Shown: positions 13,801 to 28,800, counted from the stretch's first letter. The stretch: DNA of 64,000 bases from Nageia nagi (GCA_050084985.1 JBITNC010000001.1:183892001-183956000), one strand, 5' to 3'. The notes: a model not told the origin generated them from the sequence alone. Numbers and translations: made by a program.

Positions 13801-16800
13801 ATTGATTTTCATTTGGGTATCATGGCCAACAAGAACTCTCCCTCTAATCCAGAATTCAAAGGACAAAATTATGATTGTCGAAACATCAAAATGAAGACCA
13901 TGTTGACTAGTAAAGTTTATGGAATCCTGTTGATTCTAGTTATGATGAGCAAATACATTGCAATGTTATTCCTTGAAATGATAGGCAAGAAAACAAGAAA
14001 AACTCTTTGGTACTGTACCACATTCAATCAGCTTTCAATAAGAGCTTATTTCCACAAATTGCAAGTGTGAAATCACCTAAAGATGCTTGGAAGGCTCTAC
14101 ACAAGGCTTGCCAAGACAGTGATTAAGTAAAGGTTTGTTAAGTTATATACATGAAGAAGACAGTTTGAGAATCTAAGAATGAAAAAATCTAAGTGTCAGT
14201 GAATATTGTGTTAAGAGTTAAAGATGTGGTCAACAAAATGGCCACTCTAAAAGAAAGGTTGGAAATGGAGCTTAGTCTGAAAAAAGAAAAAAATGAGAAC
14301 TCCAACACCTAGGTGAAACAATGTAACCATCATCATTGAAGAGAGAAAGTATTTGACTACTTTGACATTTAATCATATTGTGTGCTCTCTCACGTCACAT
14401 TAAGAGAAATTACAAGACATTTTTTAGTGAACGTGTTGAGTAAGTAAACTGATGGGTACTTTTTATGTCAATCCAGGAAGGTATACTTGTGATATCCAGA
14501 GCATTGTATGTGCACAACAATCCTATTATGTTCCTAAAGGAAGGGTTTATTTTGCAAGTGTGAGGCACCAAATCACTTAATCTGAGAAAGCAAATTATAG
14601 GAAATCAAATGCTTGCAGAAGCCTGGAAATAACTTAAGCAATAATGCATTCATGAAAGAAATCTGTCAAGCCTAAACAAATGACAGATGAATTAACTGTA
14701 CTGCAACATAACAAAAACCTACCAAGCCCATGCAAATGATAGATAAAATAACTGTACTGAAAGACTTCATAACTATTGCCAAGCAAAGTGCAAATGACAA
14801 TGGAACCTGGAAATCTGAAGTAGATACCCTTTGGGAGAACTAGGCACTCTCAACTGAACAGTCAAGATACGATCCCTTTGGACTATGAAGTTTGTGTCCA
14901 TGTCGGCTCTGCTGGAGCTAAAAAAGGATGTGATTTGTGAAATCTTAAGTGGAATAAGGTGCACATGTGCTTGTAGTCTAGTGCATCAAGTAGGCGGGAG
15001 AGGGTCATTTCCCATCCTCTTACAGACCCCTTCCTATGAGGAGGCTCAAAAGAATGATGTAATACAATGGTCTTCTATTGGGTAATGGTGCAAGATAGGA
15101 GACACTTCTTGAGAAGGAATGCCTCTCAAAAGTATAGTTCCACACAATGTTCGTTTGGGTGCCGAAAGAAGGTAAAAATCGAGTTGTGAGAGATTCGAAA
15201 GAAACAATGGTATCGTCCCTGAATATCATAATAAACCCAGCACCTAAAGACGAAATCGTCCTCAGACTTAGACTCAAGGGAGCACAAGCAACACACTTGA
15301 AGCTCATAAGCTAGATGGTGGTTAGTCTCGATCTGCAACTAGTGTGAGCACACTCAAAACTGACCAAGAAACTTCCTCAATCCATGAGGTAGTTGTAAAC
15401 TAATATATTACTCGAGGCGGAGGATCAACCCTCTATCTATTTGATGAAAGTGCTAGGAGTAATGTGACAACTTTGGCGTGAGGGGACGCTAAGGAGTGAC
15501 CTAAGTGGATTGGATATAGGTTTTATAGATCAGCTCTTTGGTTGAAGCCAATGGATCTAAGTCTCTCTGAAGTGCAGGTAACCAAATATGGGAAAAGCCT
15601 AAGCGTTGTAGTGACTCGATGACCTCCATGAACCAACACCTCCAGCACCCTTGTGTTACTAAGCTTATCAACAAAGCCAAGGTCTTATAAGGGAGTTGAT
15701 CCTCACAACCTCCAAGTAGTGTAAGACCATGCAAACAACAAACAAAAAGAACCAATGCTGCAAGAGACTACACCTCCAAAGATTGGCATCCAAACTCTAC
15801 ATACATGATGTGATGGGGAACAATCCTCTTGCTTTGAATCTAGTGAGACAACGAGTTAACAAGGATCCTCTCTATTGTGGCCCAATTTGAGGTCCTCAAC
15901 TTGGGGCCCCAAACCTCAACACCATAAAGCATTGTAAGGATAACTAAAGTATGGAATAGCTAGAGTTTGGACAACATGTCTTAGAAATGAAGTTGGACAC
16001 ATTGTCAATCTCATAGCCTCTACAAACCCTAGGTGGGGTCACTTCCCTCATCAAGAATCTTGGACCAGAATAGAGCACTCCTAAGTATGAGAGGTGGTAA
16101 TCTCAATAACCCTACCTCAGTATGTGATCTAGTTATGGCCAATTGTGACCTTGGAAACAATGAAGGCCAAAACATTAGTTTTATTGAAATTTACAACTAG
16201 CTCGTGTCGATCACTAAATGAGTTTAAAGCATCCATCAAGCATCATAAACCCTCTGACTAGTGTGAGAGAAGGAAAATGTTGTAAGCAAAGATAAGGATG
16301 GGGACTCGGGTGTCGTGGAGGCACCCTTTCTCTGGATATGTGGTCTCTAGTATGGACTTTAACTCATCAATGTAGATTCCAAAGAGCAAAAAGAGGTTTT
16401 GAAGGATATGCAAAAGGCAAACATTGTGGAGAAATGTTTCCAAGAGTTAGAACATCAAGGGTTTCATATCCTCTTCAACTCGTTCATTTCGATTTTCATT
16501 GCCCTATTCAAACTGAAAGCATGGGTAAACCTTCTTATTTCATTTCTTTTGTTGATGATTTCTGTAGAAAATGTTTGGCTTATCTTTTTGAAGAAAAATG
16601 ATGAGGCTTTGAGTATGTTCAAGACTTCTAAAGCTTATTAGGTCTTTGAGAACTGACAAAGGTGGAAAGCATTATTTCAATGTATTATAAACAATTTTGT
16701 GATGAAATGGCATCAAGATGCAACTCACAATTGCATACACACCTCAACAAAATGAGAGATAGCTAAGAAGAAGAACCGGACTTCTATTGAAATGGCAAAG

Positions 16801-19800
16801 AGAATGCTTCAAAGCAAAGGGCTAAATGATTCCTATTCGGCTAACATAATTGCTTAACCAGTCCATATTCCTAATAGGAATCCAACAAAAGCTCTTAACA
16901 AGATGATTCCTCATGAAACATGGTATGGAAGGAACCCAATTTTACTCATTCGAAAGTCTTTGGTTGTTTAGCCTATTTTCATGTTAGTGTCAAGAAAAGG
17001 AAAAACTAGATACAAAGAGTTAACCTTGCATCTTCATTGGATATTCTCAATGTACCAATATCTATAAGCTTTACAATCCAAATACTACCAAGTGAGACAA
17101 CTCACTAGTGTGCCTACTCCATGAAGCAACCCTAAGGACACTTCCTCATGCAATTCTTCACCAAGTCCTATCACTACGAGAAGACTAGAAGGGTAAAAAG
17201 ACTCTTCAAACTCATCCTTCAAATCACATGCTTGATAAAAAATTTGAATTAAGGCTCACATGAAGCCAAGCTCATGGAGTAGACCAATGGATTGCAAGGT
17301 TCAAGAGGTTGCAACAACATGGAGAAGATGAATAAGAACCCAAAGGTGAGACAACCAATTACACTTTATGGTCTCAAGTTGAAATTGAAGCTTCTTGTTT
17401 TGAAGATGCTTGTAGGAGTGATGTGTGTGTGAACACTACACAAGAAAAAATCAGTTCCATTAAAAAATGATACATGGGACCTAATGAACCTTCCCAAGGC
17501 CAAGAAATCGGTGGGATCTAAGTGAGTGTACAAGACCAAATACCATGGTGATGGTAGCATGGAGAGACACAAAGCTAGACTTATGGTTGAGGAATATACT
17601 CAAAGGTATGAAATTGATTATGAAGAGACTTTTGCATCTTTAGCAAGCCAAGAGGTAATCACAATGGTGCTTCCCATTGCAGCCCAATGGAAATGGAATG
17701 TGAATTGGTTGGATGCCAAAAGTGTTGTCTTGAATGGGTACTTAGAAGAAGATCAACATATACAAGAGCCTAAATTTTTTGTGGTTGAAGGCAAGGAAGA
17801 TTGTGTATACCAATTAAAGAAGGGTTTATATGGCCTTAAGCAAGCACAAAGGGCATGGTATGCTCATATAGATGCATATTTTCAAGAACGTGGATTCAAG
17901 AAAAGCAAAAGTGAGCCTACCCTTCTTCAAGAAATACAATAATGATCTTTTTGTGCGTTTGTATGTAGATGGTCTCATATACACCAGTAGTAGTTCAAAG
18001 AGGAGAGAAGACTTCAAAAAGGCCATGATCGATAAATTTGAGATGAAGGATTTGTGGCTGATGTATTACTTTCTCCAAATAGAGGTTCATCAACTTAAAC
18101 TATTTATTTGTCAAATAAAGTATGCAAATGATACGTTGAAGAAATACGATATGGACAAATAAAGCAATGTTCCCACTCCTACTGCTCATGGTGAGATGTT
18201 GTGCAAGGATTATGGAACTGAATAGAATAGAATATATATTAATGTCCATAGACGACCAAAAATAAGTCAATTGGACTCAATAGTACAATCCTATGAAAAA
18301 AAAGAAAGCACTAAGGGATTGACAAAATGCTATAAAACAAATGCAGGAGAAATGCCTATTGGGTGCAAAACCACAAGCAATGGCCAATCAAGTCATCATC
18401 TACCACTATGATAGGATTGATGGCGAATTTGATCACCTCAAACAAGAGCATCGTGATTAGATTGGTCAAGCGAGATCTCTCGAGAGTCTCTCCTAGCATC
18501 CAAGACTAAGGAATCATCTTTAGGAGAAAGAAAGCTAGTGATACATAACTATTGCTCGAGATGGGGTAACCTGGTAACTGTCTGTGAGGCTAGGCAACGT
18601 CGCTTCAATTTGTGTCCTTCAGGCATGTTTAATATTGTTGTTTGAGGGATGTTTCCTGCCTATGGAGTGTGAAGTGGGTTAGAAAAAGGAGTTTATCAAC
18701 CTAGTAGCCTAAGGGGTCTTTGCAGGTCGCTATAGAGCGTTATGCCAAAGAGAGTGACCTCTTATAGGAAGAGGACCAAACATCTTTGGTTGGGATAACG
18801 AAAAAAATGGATAGGGAGCCTCTAGACTCCCTGTACAAGCAATGATGTCGTCCTCGCAAGTTGAGGAAATGGTGGTTTGTCTCAACTTGGAGTTAATGGG
18901 AACAAACTCACAATTGATTGAGGGGAATCCTCAAGCCATGGGACCAATGCTGCTAAAGATAGGTGGGCAGGACGATGACACCATCAATAATCTAAAGGAA
19001 ACGTTCGACCTAGAAAGCCAACTTAGGGCTAAAAGGATCTGAAGGAGAGACCCAAGTACTCTGAATGTAATGATAATAAACATCCTCTCTGATAGATCTA
19101 TGGATCTCTACCTTCGAGGAGCAAAGATGAGGAGTGGTTAACGAAGAGCTAAATGATGGGGGTCGGTAAATGAAGATGCCCATCGACAGTAAGAGCAAAT
19201 CAACCTTTATATACCAAAATTGCAAGCCTCTTTAAAGAGCATACAACAAGAAATGGGGACTTCTCATAGCCTAAAGATGAGTCATTGAATTGCTTGAGTT
19301 CGTGAAGGAAGGATGTGAGTTTGAAAACGCTCGCAAGATAGAGCAGTTGTGTAGCAAACTCACTTTAAAGTCTAAACAATGCACTATGGGATTGTTCAAT
19401 TGTAATAGATCATCTGCTAAAACACAGTGGTCTAAACCTAAGTTGGAAATGCCTTCCGGAGGCCTGTACCAGTACCGAAAACTTCCCGAAATGTTGGTAC
19501 TGGTATGAAGCACTCTGAAAATGCCATCGAAACATTTCACAATTTGGAAACGCCTGGTCAATGTTTTGGAAATGTTTCAGGTGTATTCTCCCACATTTCT
19601 CACTTGGAAAAAGTATGAATGTTAATATATAATACTTTTGATGAAATAATTTTAATTCTTCTCCAATCTTTAGACACCTTAAAAATTAAAAAACTGCGAG
19701 CATATTGTTTATAAAGTATTTTTTCTTCAACTAAATGTGTTGTATAATCAATTGTCCACAACACATGTCTAGTGTCTAACTTACTAGGTTAGAGTTTGAG

Positions 19801-22800
19801 TTCGATTAATTCGGCATTAAATTCAATAGCATGCTAAAATATTATTGTTTTTTATATAAAAATATTTTAATTAAAATTTGTATTTATTTATTAATTAAAA
19901 AATTGATATCGATAAATTTTATTAAACGATATATTTAAGTCTATATATTAAACTATATATTTAAAAAAAATATTAATAATATAAAAAATATAACATTATA
20001 AATTTTATAATTAATTTGTTTTTCAATAAAATCAATAATATTATTTTTACATAAAAATATTTTAATTAAATTTATATTTATTTATTATTTAAAAAATTAA
20101 ATTAATACTTATAATTACTTAAATTTATTTTTAAAAATTTAATAATTAAAAAAATTGTACATTTCAAATTTAATATGTATATATATGTATAACCTAAAAC
20201 AAAAATTTAAAAAAAAAAACTAAAACAAAATTCAAAAATACAAGCATCTTGTCCTATTTTTCTTAATGAGGATGAGGACGATGATGATATGTAATTGTAC
20301 TTGTCTTTAGCTTAAACCTCATGTTTTATTTCACTTCCAGCACATATAGCCTCATGTATAAAGGTTGATTTTGGACGTAAAACCTCATCTACAAAGGCTT
20401 ATTTTGGATTTTGCATCATGTAATTATCTATGGGAGTTACTATAGACATGGTTTTCCTTCAAAAATGTTATTTATGTCTATCATTTCTATTTTTTTGCAA
20501 GTTAATGTGGTGTGTATATATATATACACCACATTTCCCCTAACGTACCCTTTTTGGAGGGGTCATGTTTTCAGGATTTCCCATTTCAAAAACTTGGAAA
20601 TGTTTCCACATTTTGTGCTACTTAGGTCTAAACCCTCTCAATGCATGACCACTCAATGGATCCAGAGTTGGGACCCCAAATCTTTGATCCATAGAGAACT
20701 GTGGATTTAACAAGAGCATCGAAGACATGTTTCTTTGAAAGGATATCCTAGCTATGGATCTAGAAGCATTGATGTTCTAGGATGGCAAGTGAAGTGTATC
20801 CCTTGCAAAGACATGACTGTGATGTTGGTCTCAAGCTGAAAGATGGCCCAAAAAACTAAACCCCCAAATAGGTGTACGTAGTGGTGATCTCAATTGGCTC
20901 ACCTCTATAGTAGAAATGGAATCTAGAAAGAGTATCTATAGAGGTGTTAAGCATCATGACCTTAGTCTTGTTGAGGTTGACTATAAATTGTTTTTGGTCA
21001 CAAAAATGAGCAAGTGCATCCAACTATCTCTGAGGACCTTCAAGTGAGTGGGATAAGAGGATCACATCATCTGTAAAAAGAAGTATGGCAATCTGAATCT
21101 AATGTAACCAACAACTATCATCTGGGTGAGTGTGTAGTCAGAGGTAGTCCTAAAGATCATATATATAAGGGTCAAAGAGAGGAGGCGAAAAAGGGCATCC
21201 TTATTTAACACCAATAGTATTGTTGACCTTGCCTTAAAGACCATCAACAATCCAAAACTGACCAATAATTGTCTCATAGAGCCTCCTGATGGCACTGACA
21301 AAAGTATTAGAGATGCCAATAGTACTTAGATTCTGAAAAAGCAAGTGTTGTAGTACAATGTCAAAAGCCTTCCTAAAATCCACAAAATAGTAGCATGAAG
21401 ATATGATTAATAGTTTGAAAATCGTTCCTAAAACTAGTCTACCCTCGAGCCCTATGGTTACCATGCTCCAAATGATCTAACATCATGTCCAATAGTGTAG
21501 CAAAAAGCTTGGCAAAGGTATGACCAATCATGATGGTTTCTATAGATGTTTGGATTAGAACAATCTTCTGCTTTGTATGTGGGGAGATGATGTGTTGAGA
21601 CTAAAGAGTAAAACCCAAACAAATGACCTCATTGAATAGGTCATCAATGGGAGAAGTGAATTACCACCATATTTCATGAACTCAAAATGTAGGCCCTCGC
21701 AACCAGCTGCCCTACTAGTGCAAAGTTTTTGAGTGGCTATCTAGGAGGGTATGCCAAAAAGTCTTGGGGAAATGGCAAACAAAGTCAATGAACGCATGGC
21801 AGACGAAAGTAATAAATTATCGTTTCTTCTGTATAAGAAGACAATGATAATCTCTCTAAGTGGAAAAAATGAAGGAAGGGTTGTGGGCCAAGGCAAAGGG
21901 GAGTCTCTGATGCAAAGACTTACACTCCTCATTGTACCAATGATTCCAAGGATAGGATCATGAAGGGTGGGACGATTGAGAGTGATAAGTTTTATGGACG
22001 AAGAATGTGAGGATTGCCTCCCAAAGGCCATGGGATAAGACTCATATTTGGTAGTCACATTGGAAGGGGGGTAGGGTAGATGAGTTTTACTGGCAAGAAG
22101 CAAAAAGAGATAGGTAGCATGGTTGTTAGCACATACTCTATGGTGAAAAGGATAATGGGATGTCAAATAGAGCTTGAAGGGGGAGCAACAAGAGGAGACC
22201 AAACGAAAGGGCTACATGATATACGAGGGGAAGGTGGTTGGAGACATTAAGATCATGAATGTGGGAATTAAATGTAAGATGATGAGAACATAGTCGACCA
22301 CACTCACATCTCCATTGTGAAGGAAATACATAAATCTGTTGGAGTCTAGAAAGCAAGGGAGCCCATGAAGAATGTAGAGTTTGTGACATTCATCGAGGTG
22401 AAGATGTTTGCCATATGTTGGAATAGGAGCATTCTTACCTACAGAAGCTCTTTGTAAGCCAAAGTCATCAGGATCCTACTCTCAAATATCTTTGTAAGTT
22501 CATCATCCTCAAACTCATGTATAGGTGTCTGACAATCCCTAGTCTGCACATTAAAATCACCTAAGAGGATAACATCCCCCATAGAAGAAAAATGGGATAT
22601 ATCCCTCTAGAGGTCCATGTATGGATCACCATCTCTATGTAGTAAAAGATGATGAAGTTGGGGGAAATAGCAAAAAACAATGAAGATATCCCAATAAGGG
22701 GATGGACCTCTTTGTATCTGGATCCACAAATATTGAGAATGGATATCAGTCGATAGTATTGAGACACAAGATTGAAGATGATCTCGAATGAGATAGGCTA

Positions 22801-25800
22801 CGCTACAACATTACAATTCCAACAAGTAATATTGATTTTGTCATTGCATATTGAGACTCAAGAACACCATCATTTTGACGACCAAGTGCATGCCCACCAT
22901 GAAGGGGTGAATCACTTATCATTGCTCAACTATTTTGAACCACAACCCATTTATTTATTTTCCTTGCAACCATAATATAAGCACGAGCTTTATGAAGCTC
23001 ATCCATTTGAAGGCTCGTGAGATCTTCATCAAAGTATATTTTCTCTAGAAGAGAAAATAGTGTCTGTTTGGCTTTCAAAGCCTATAAAATCTCCTCTAAA
23101 TTCATAATCGAAGAACTAAAGTGTCATCAGGAATGGTCAAAGCTTTTTCCAATGATAAGCTTCTCAAGTCTAAAACATCATGTAAAATAGTGTGACCAAC
23201 CTGTAATGGTGTGATGGTTTCAAGGAGGTCACAAACTCGAAGATTGAGTTCTTTGGTGTGGAGTAATTTCTCCTCTTCAAATTTAGCTTGTATTGCCATT
23301 TTGACAAGAGGATTCCTCTTACCTTTAACCATTTGTAACCATGAATTGTTTTCTTCTACTTTATTTTAAATAGACTATTGTTGGGTTGTTTCATGTTTAT
23401 GTTCTTGTTGTTGTTGTTGTTACGCAATGATTACTTAGTGCTTCTCTTGGATATCCGAGAATGTCTTGTGCAGTTGTTGGAGCTACTGGGAAGGGATTAT
23501 GTTAGCAAGGGGGGTCTAAGGTATCTCTAATTTGTCCAATTTGTCATTCACTTCAAAATGAGTATGTCTTTCTCATTCAATTGTTGTTGAAGATGAGAAA
23601 CCAATTCCTGGAATTTGTCCCTTTTGTGCTCCAACTAGGTGATGCGGGTAGACAATTTACTAGTGGACTTTTGGGTCTCTTGGATTTTGGTGTCTTGAAG
23701 GTGGACATTGGATTCATTATCTCGATTATATTATGAGATTGTCTTGGATTTTGGTGTCTTGAAGGTGGACATTGGATTCATTATCTCGATTATATTATGA
23801 GATTGATCAACAGCCTTTGTGTTGTTAATTTCTATGACAAACTATGTACTTAGATGTTCCATCTGTGTCATCAATTGTGCTATGTCTTACTGGAGGTTGG
23901 GTTAACTAGGGCTAAGTGAACAATAGTTTTGAAGCACTAATGTCTGAAAAAATGAATCAAGGATGCCCAAGAAGGAGAAATGAGTTCAAGGAAACCTATG
24001 ATTGAAGGAGAAGATCTAATGTTTAGAAAACCAATAAAGGATCCATAGACAAAAATCAAGGATTTATAGGAGCACGAAAACAAGACCCAAATAGAGCAAT
24101 TGAACAATCCTACGAAGTTGGTGATGGGTCAGCAGATCAAAAGCAAGGTACCAAGGCACCATGGGGCAAGGCACAAATGCATGCAGGAGTTTCTTATGGA
24201 GAGAGTGAATTGGTGATTGGGATCAAACAAGAATAGGTGCAACAGTTGCATGATAAACGACACCCGACATAGCACACGGGCGTTGGACATGGAGCTACGC
24301 AAGAACACGAGTGGAGCTACACAGGCAAAAGCGTTGGTGGGGAGCAATTTCCATAGCACTATTGAAACAATTGCCATGTGAAACTAAGGTGGTATCTCCT
24401 AGACAGGAATGAAAAATGTGCTCAAACAGAAAGAAAAAAAAACACCACATGAAACAATTGAATGGATTGCCATGAGCGTCGATCCATAGACAAAATACTT
24501 TTGCAATGAAAAGATCTCACTAAAGGGGGCACATGCGAGGAGCTTAAGCACAATAGCATGAGGCTAAGGTGTGGAGGTGCAGGGGCCTAGAAACCTTCAC
24601 ACGAAGAGGACGTTGTTTGACTGGCTTTTCCACGCAGTGAGACAAGGCATAAAAGAGTTATGGGAACTTTGATGTTTCTCACTGTCACTACACCAAATAA
24701 TGCCTATGTTGTTTCACTTGTTTCAAGATATATTATGATTAAACCATCTAAAATTCATTTGAAGGTTGCTAAGATAAACTTGAGGTATGTGAAAACTGAA
24801 AAGTATTATTGATTTTGGTATTCATTATTATTCAGTTAAAGTGGAGTTTGTTGGTTATAGTGATTGTGATTGGTAAGGTAGTTTGGATGATTGAAAATTC
24901 ACTCCAGCAATTGTTTGACTCTTGGTTGAAGATTGATCACTTAGAGCTCAAAGAAGCACAATCAATTGCTCTTTCTTCTACAGAAGCTAAGTACATTGCA
25001 ATAACTTTAGCGAGTGCACAAGCCTACTGGCATAGGAAGATATTGGAAAAAAAGTGAGGATTGATATCATCCCAATATTATCTTTTGTGACAACATGAGT
25101 GCAATTCAATTGCCCAAGAACCCTGTTTTTGTAGGAGGTCTAACCATTTTAATTTGAAGTATCAATTTATCAAGGATGTGATTCAAAAACAAGAAATTGA
25201 AATTAATCAAGTCTATTAGTACTCGAGATCAGCTTATTGATGCATTCGCAAAAGGTGTTACTAAAACATAGTTCTAGAAGCATAGAGACAATCTTGTGAG
25301 CCTCTTAACATCAAGTGGGAGAATGTTGAAATGATGATGTTGATTAGTGTTCAAAATAGCACGGGTACTAGCCAGAAAACTGCAGGTAATCACAAGTCTA
25401 GCCTTTCCAGAGTAACCGATAGGGAAAACTCAACATTCCTGAGTATTGGCGCTTAATCAACGAGTAACCATCCTGTAAACCTGCAGGCACCTTGAAAGTA
25501 ACCGGCAAGCGATCGGATAGAGGCTGAAATCACGATTTTTAAGACAGTTTCTCCCTATTTCATTCCTAGTTTGGTCTTTTTCTCCATTTTGCTCACTATT
25601 TTTGCTCTCTAGGTCAATTTTTGAAGGATTCGAAGCTTCAACATCAATCTCAAGAGCTTCACTGTGGATTTCAAGCATTTCACTATAGATTTCTCAAGAG
25701 TTTGTGATCCAGTTGTGAGTTTTTTAATTCTCGTCGTGCATTTGAAGAGGTAGGGTTTTTGGCTTTTTTTTTTTTTAATTTCACCATGGAATTTTTTTTC

Positions 25801-28800
25801 CTTTGTATGTTAATGTTAATGCCTATATTTGAAAAGGGTATTCTTCTTTTTTGCATATTTTGTGATTTTTTTTTTAATTAGGGTTAGGGTTTTATAAGGT
25901 TTTTGATGGGAATTATACTTTTTTTCACTTTCCAGATGGCAACTGAAGATGATTTCCTTTCAAATGCACCTCCTCCTCAAGCACCACGTCAGATATTGCT
26001 TGGAAGTATGGCACAAATGGTACTCTTCCAAACCAAATGATTTGCAATTTTTGCAAAAGACCTTACAAGGGTGGTATCAATAGATTAAAATACCATCTTA
26101 CAAGGATACCAGGTAAAGATGTAGCACTTTGTACTATTGCACCTCTCGACGTTATACGCAAGATGCAAGCCTTACTTGCCATAGCCTCACAAAAGAAGGT
26201 AGAAAAGCAAAAGATCAAGATGGCAATTGGTGCAAGGATTGGGGGGAACATGAGCTTTGAAGATTCAGTATCAAATTCTTTCTTTGGCCAAAATCCATGT
26301 TCACAGTCAAATGAAGATTCAACACTTCCAGGTTCAGTAAAGCATCAAAGAATGGAAGGTTTCTTTGTTCCTCATATAGAAGCACAACCTTCCTTTGAAA
26401 CTACATCATGGGGAAAAAATAAAATCCAAGCAGCCCGAAGAGCAGCTGCAAATTTTTGGTACTATTGCAAGTCCTTATTGGGTGGCCATGGTGAATGCAT
26501 TCATCAATGTTGGAAGAGGGATGAAGGCCCCTACCGCAAAGGATTTCAGTGGTCCTTTGCTTGAGGATGCAGTTGTTACCACACTTGCCATAGTAGATGA
26601 GCAAAGAAAGAATTGGCGCAAACATGGATGCACTATAATGTCAAATGGATCGATAGATACGAAGAACCATACACTACTCAACTTCATGGTGGCATCAAGT
26701 AGATCAATGGTCTTCTTGAAGTCAGTTGATGCATCCGATAAAATAAAATATGCATCGTTGATTTTTAAATTGCTTGAGGAAGTGGTGTTGGAAGTGGATG
26801 TGGAAAATGTTTTCCAAGTTGTGACAGGGAATGCTTCAACATATGTTTCTACAAGTCAAATGCTTGGGAGGAAGTATAAAACCTTATTTTGGAGCCCATG
26901 CACAGCCCATGTGATTGACCTTATGCTAGAGAACATGGGCAAGCTCTCATGGATTACAACTGTGGTTGAAGAAGCAAAAATAATTATCAAATTCATCTAC
27001 AACCACATTTAGGTGCTTAGTTTGATGAGAGAGCACACAAATGGCAAGGACATCATTCGTCCAGGTATCACTAGATTTGCCTCCAATTTTCTTGCATTAC
27101 AAAGCCTCTTTGAAGTAGAAGCTCCTTTTAAGAGGATACTTATTAGTGATAAATGAAGGGAGTCTTCTTTTTGTCATAATAATGATGGGGAGAAGGTCCA
27201 AAAGATAGTGTTTTATGACTTGTTTTGGAAGGGCATTGACAAGGTCTTGAAGGTAATTTAAATTCTTTCTTTTATGTTTTTTTTTTTCAATTTTTAGTCT
27301 GTAACTTTGTAAGTTTGTAGTTTGTATTTTTCTTTATTTAAATCTAAATTTATTTTTTTAATGATTTCTAAGTTACACAAACTTGGATCAAGGTTCTTCG
27401 TCTTGTAGATGGTGATTTGATATCGATGGGCTATCTGTATGAGGCCATGGATAGGGAAAATGGGGTTGTCCAACGTATGTATAAAAGAAACACAAATAAA
27501 TTGAATGCCCTTGAAAGTATCATTGATAGGAGATGGACCCATCATCTCCATCAACCTCTACATGCAACGGGGTACTACTTGAACCCTATGTTTTTCTATG
27601 CTGATAGTTTTGAGGCTGATAATGAGGTTATGGATGGCCTCTATACTTACATTGAGAGGATGATCCCTGATGATAGCATCAAGGCTTTTGTTCCAGATGA
27701 GATGCACGCCTACAAGAGGGCCGATGGAAGGGTTCTTTCTTCAGTTATTTCTAAAATGTTGAGGAACACCTTGCGACCAAGTAATAATCTAAAATCAATA
27801 AAATTATAAATGTGTTGTCTTTTTACTATTTTATAAAAGCTAGATTGAGTTTCTGAAAATGTAATTTCTTTTTCACAGATTGTTGGTGGGAAGATAATGG
27901 TGCTCAATGTCCGAATCTTCAAAGGATGGCAATGAGGATATTGACTCAACCTTTTAGTGCTTGTGGGTGTGAGCACAAGTGGTCCATGTTTGAGAGCGTT
28001 CACACAAAGAAACGCAACAGGTTGAAACAGCAACGCGTGAATGACCTTGTGTTCATCCAATACAATCATCTTCATGTCAAACAAGTGGAGGGCATAGATT
28101 GCTATGATGCCATTGACCTTGATTCTATGTATCCACTACTAGATTGGGTTGCTGAAGATGTGGAATCCATCTTCACCGAGGAGGACATCGGGCAACTTGA
28201 AAGGGAAGCAACAGGTGAAGGTACATCTAGTGCAGCAGTTGCAATTTATATGGAGCTTGAGGATGAGGACGAGGATGAGTACATACCTAAGGCTGAGCAT
28301 CTTGTTGGGGACGAGGATGTGCCAATGCCACATCCTTCGCCACCACGTGTTGTGAGGAGCGAGTCGAGGACATATAAGAGGATTGGGACGAGGGGAAAGA
28401 GGCCATTGCACTAATTGCCGCACTAATAATTTAGAACTTTAGAGTTAGACATTTAGAGTCTAGACTCAGTTTTTATTCCAGTAGTCTTTAGACTTTACTA
28501 TTTAGAAGTTTAGAACTACTTTACTTATGAGTTATGAGTTTATGACTATATACATTTTTGTATTTATTATTTTTATGATCATTAATAGTCACAAATAATC
28601 AATGATCATTATAACTCTCTAATTCCATATTTAAATATGTTTTTGTATTTTTTTTCATAAAATGTTCGTGTTTTTTTTTTTTTTTGCTGAGTTTTGGTAT
28701 CGAGTTTTTGCTGAGTACTCTCCAAATTTTTCCTGGTTGAGTAATTCCCGAGTCCGAGTATTCCAACCTTGATGTCGATGAAGAAAAGACAAATTTCAAA

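Larger units (their letters stand above)
18221..24635 (-). mobile_element. Near full-length degenerate LINE (ORF1 + APE-RT ORF2) with (TATTC)n tail, inserted in the copia RT
   Basis: Endonuclease DFNVQTRD (~22535-22560); [15 protein letters not shown] (ORF 21234..21464), GVK*GCP, DDVIL; tail AATAGAATAGAAT at 18221; copia RT resumes at ~24640 ([14 protein letters not shown]). Confidence 0.85.

Noticed and set aside
19830-20230. Extremely AT-rich tract as a replication origin or organellar insert
   Set aside because: It is internal to the hAT MITE and consists of a local diverged duplication of low-complexity sequence
25936-28414. Domesticated hAT (SLEEPER-like) gene
   Set aside because: Frameshift, stops, a mutated splice acceptor, and an intact TSD in a TE context
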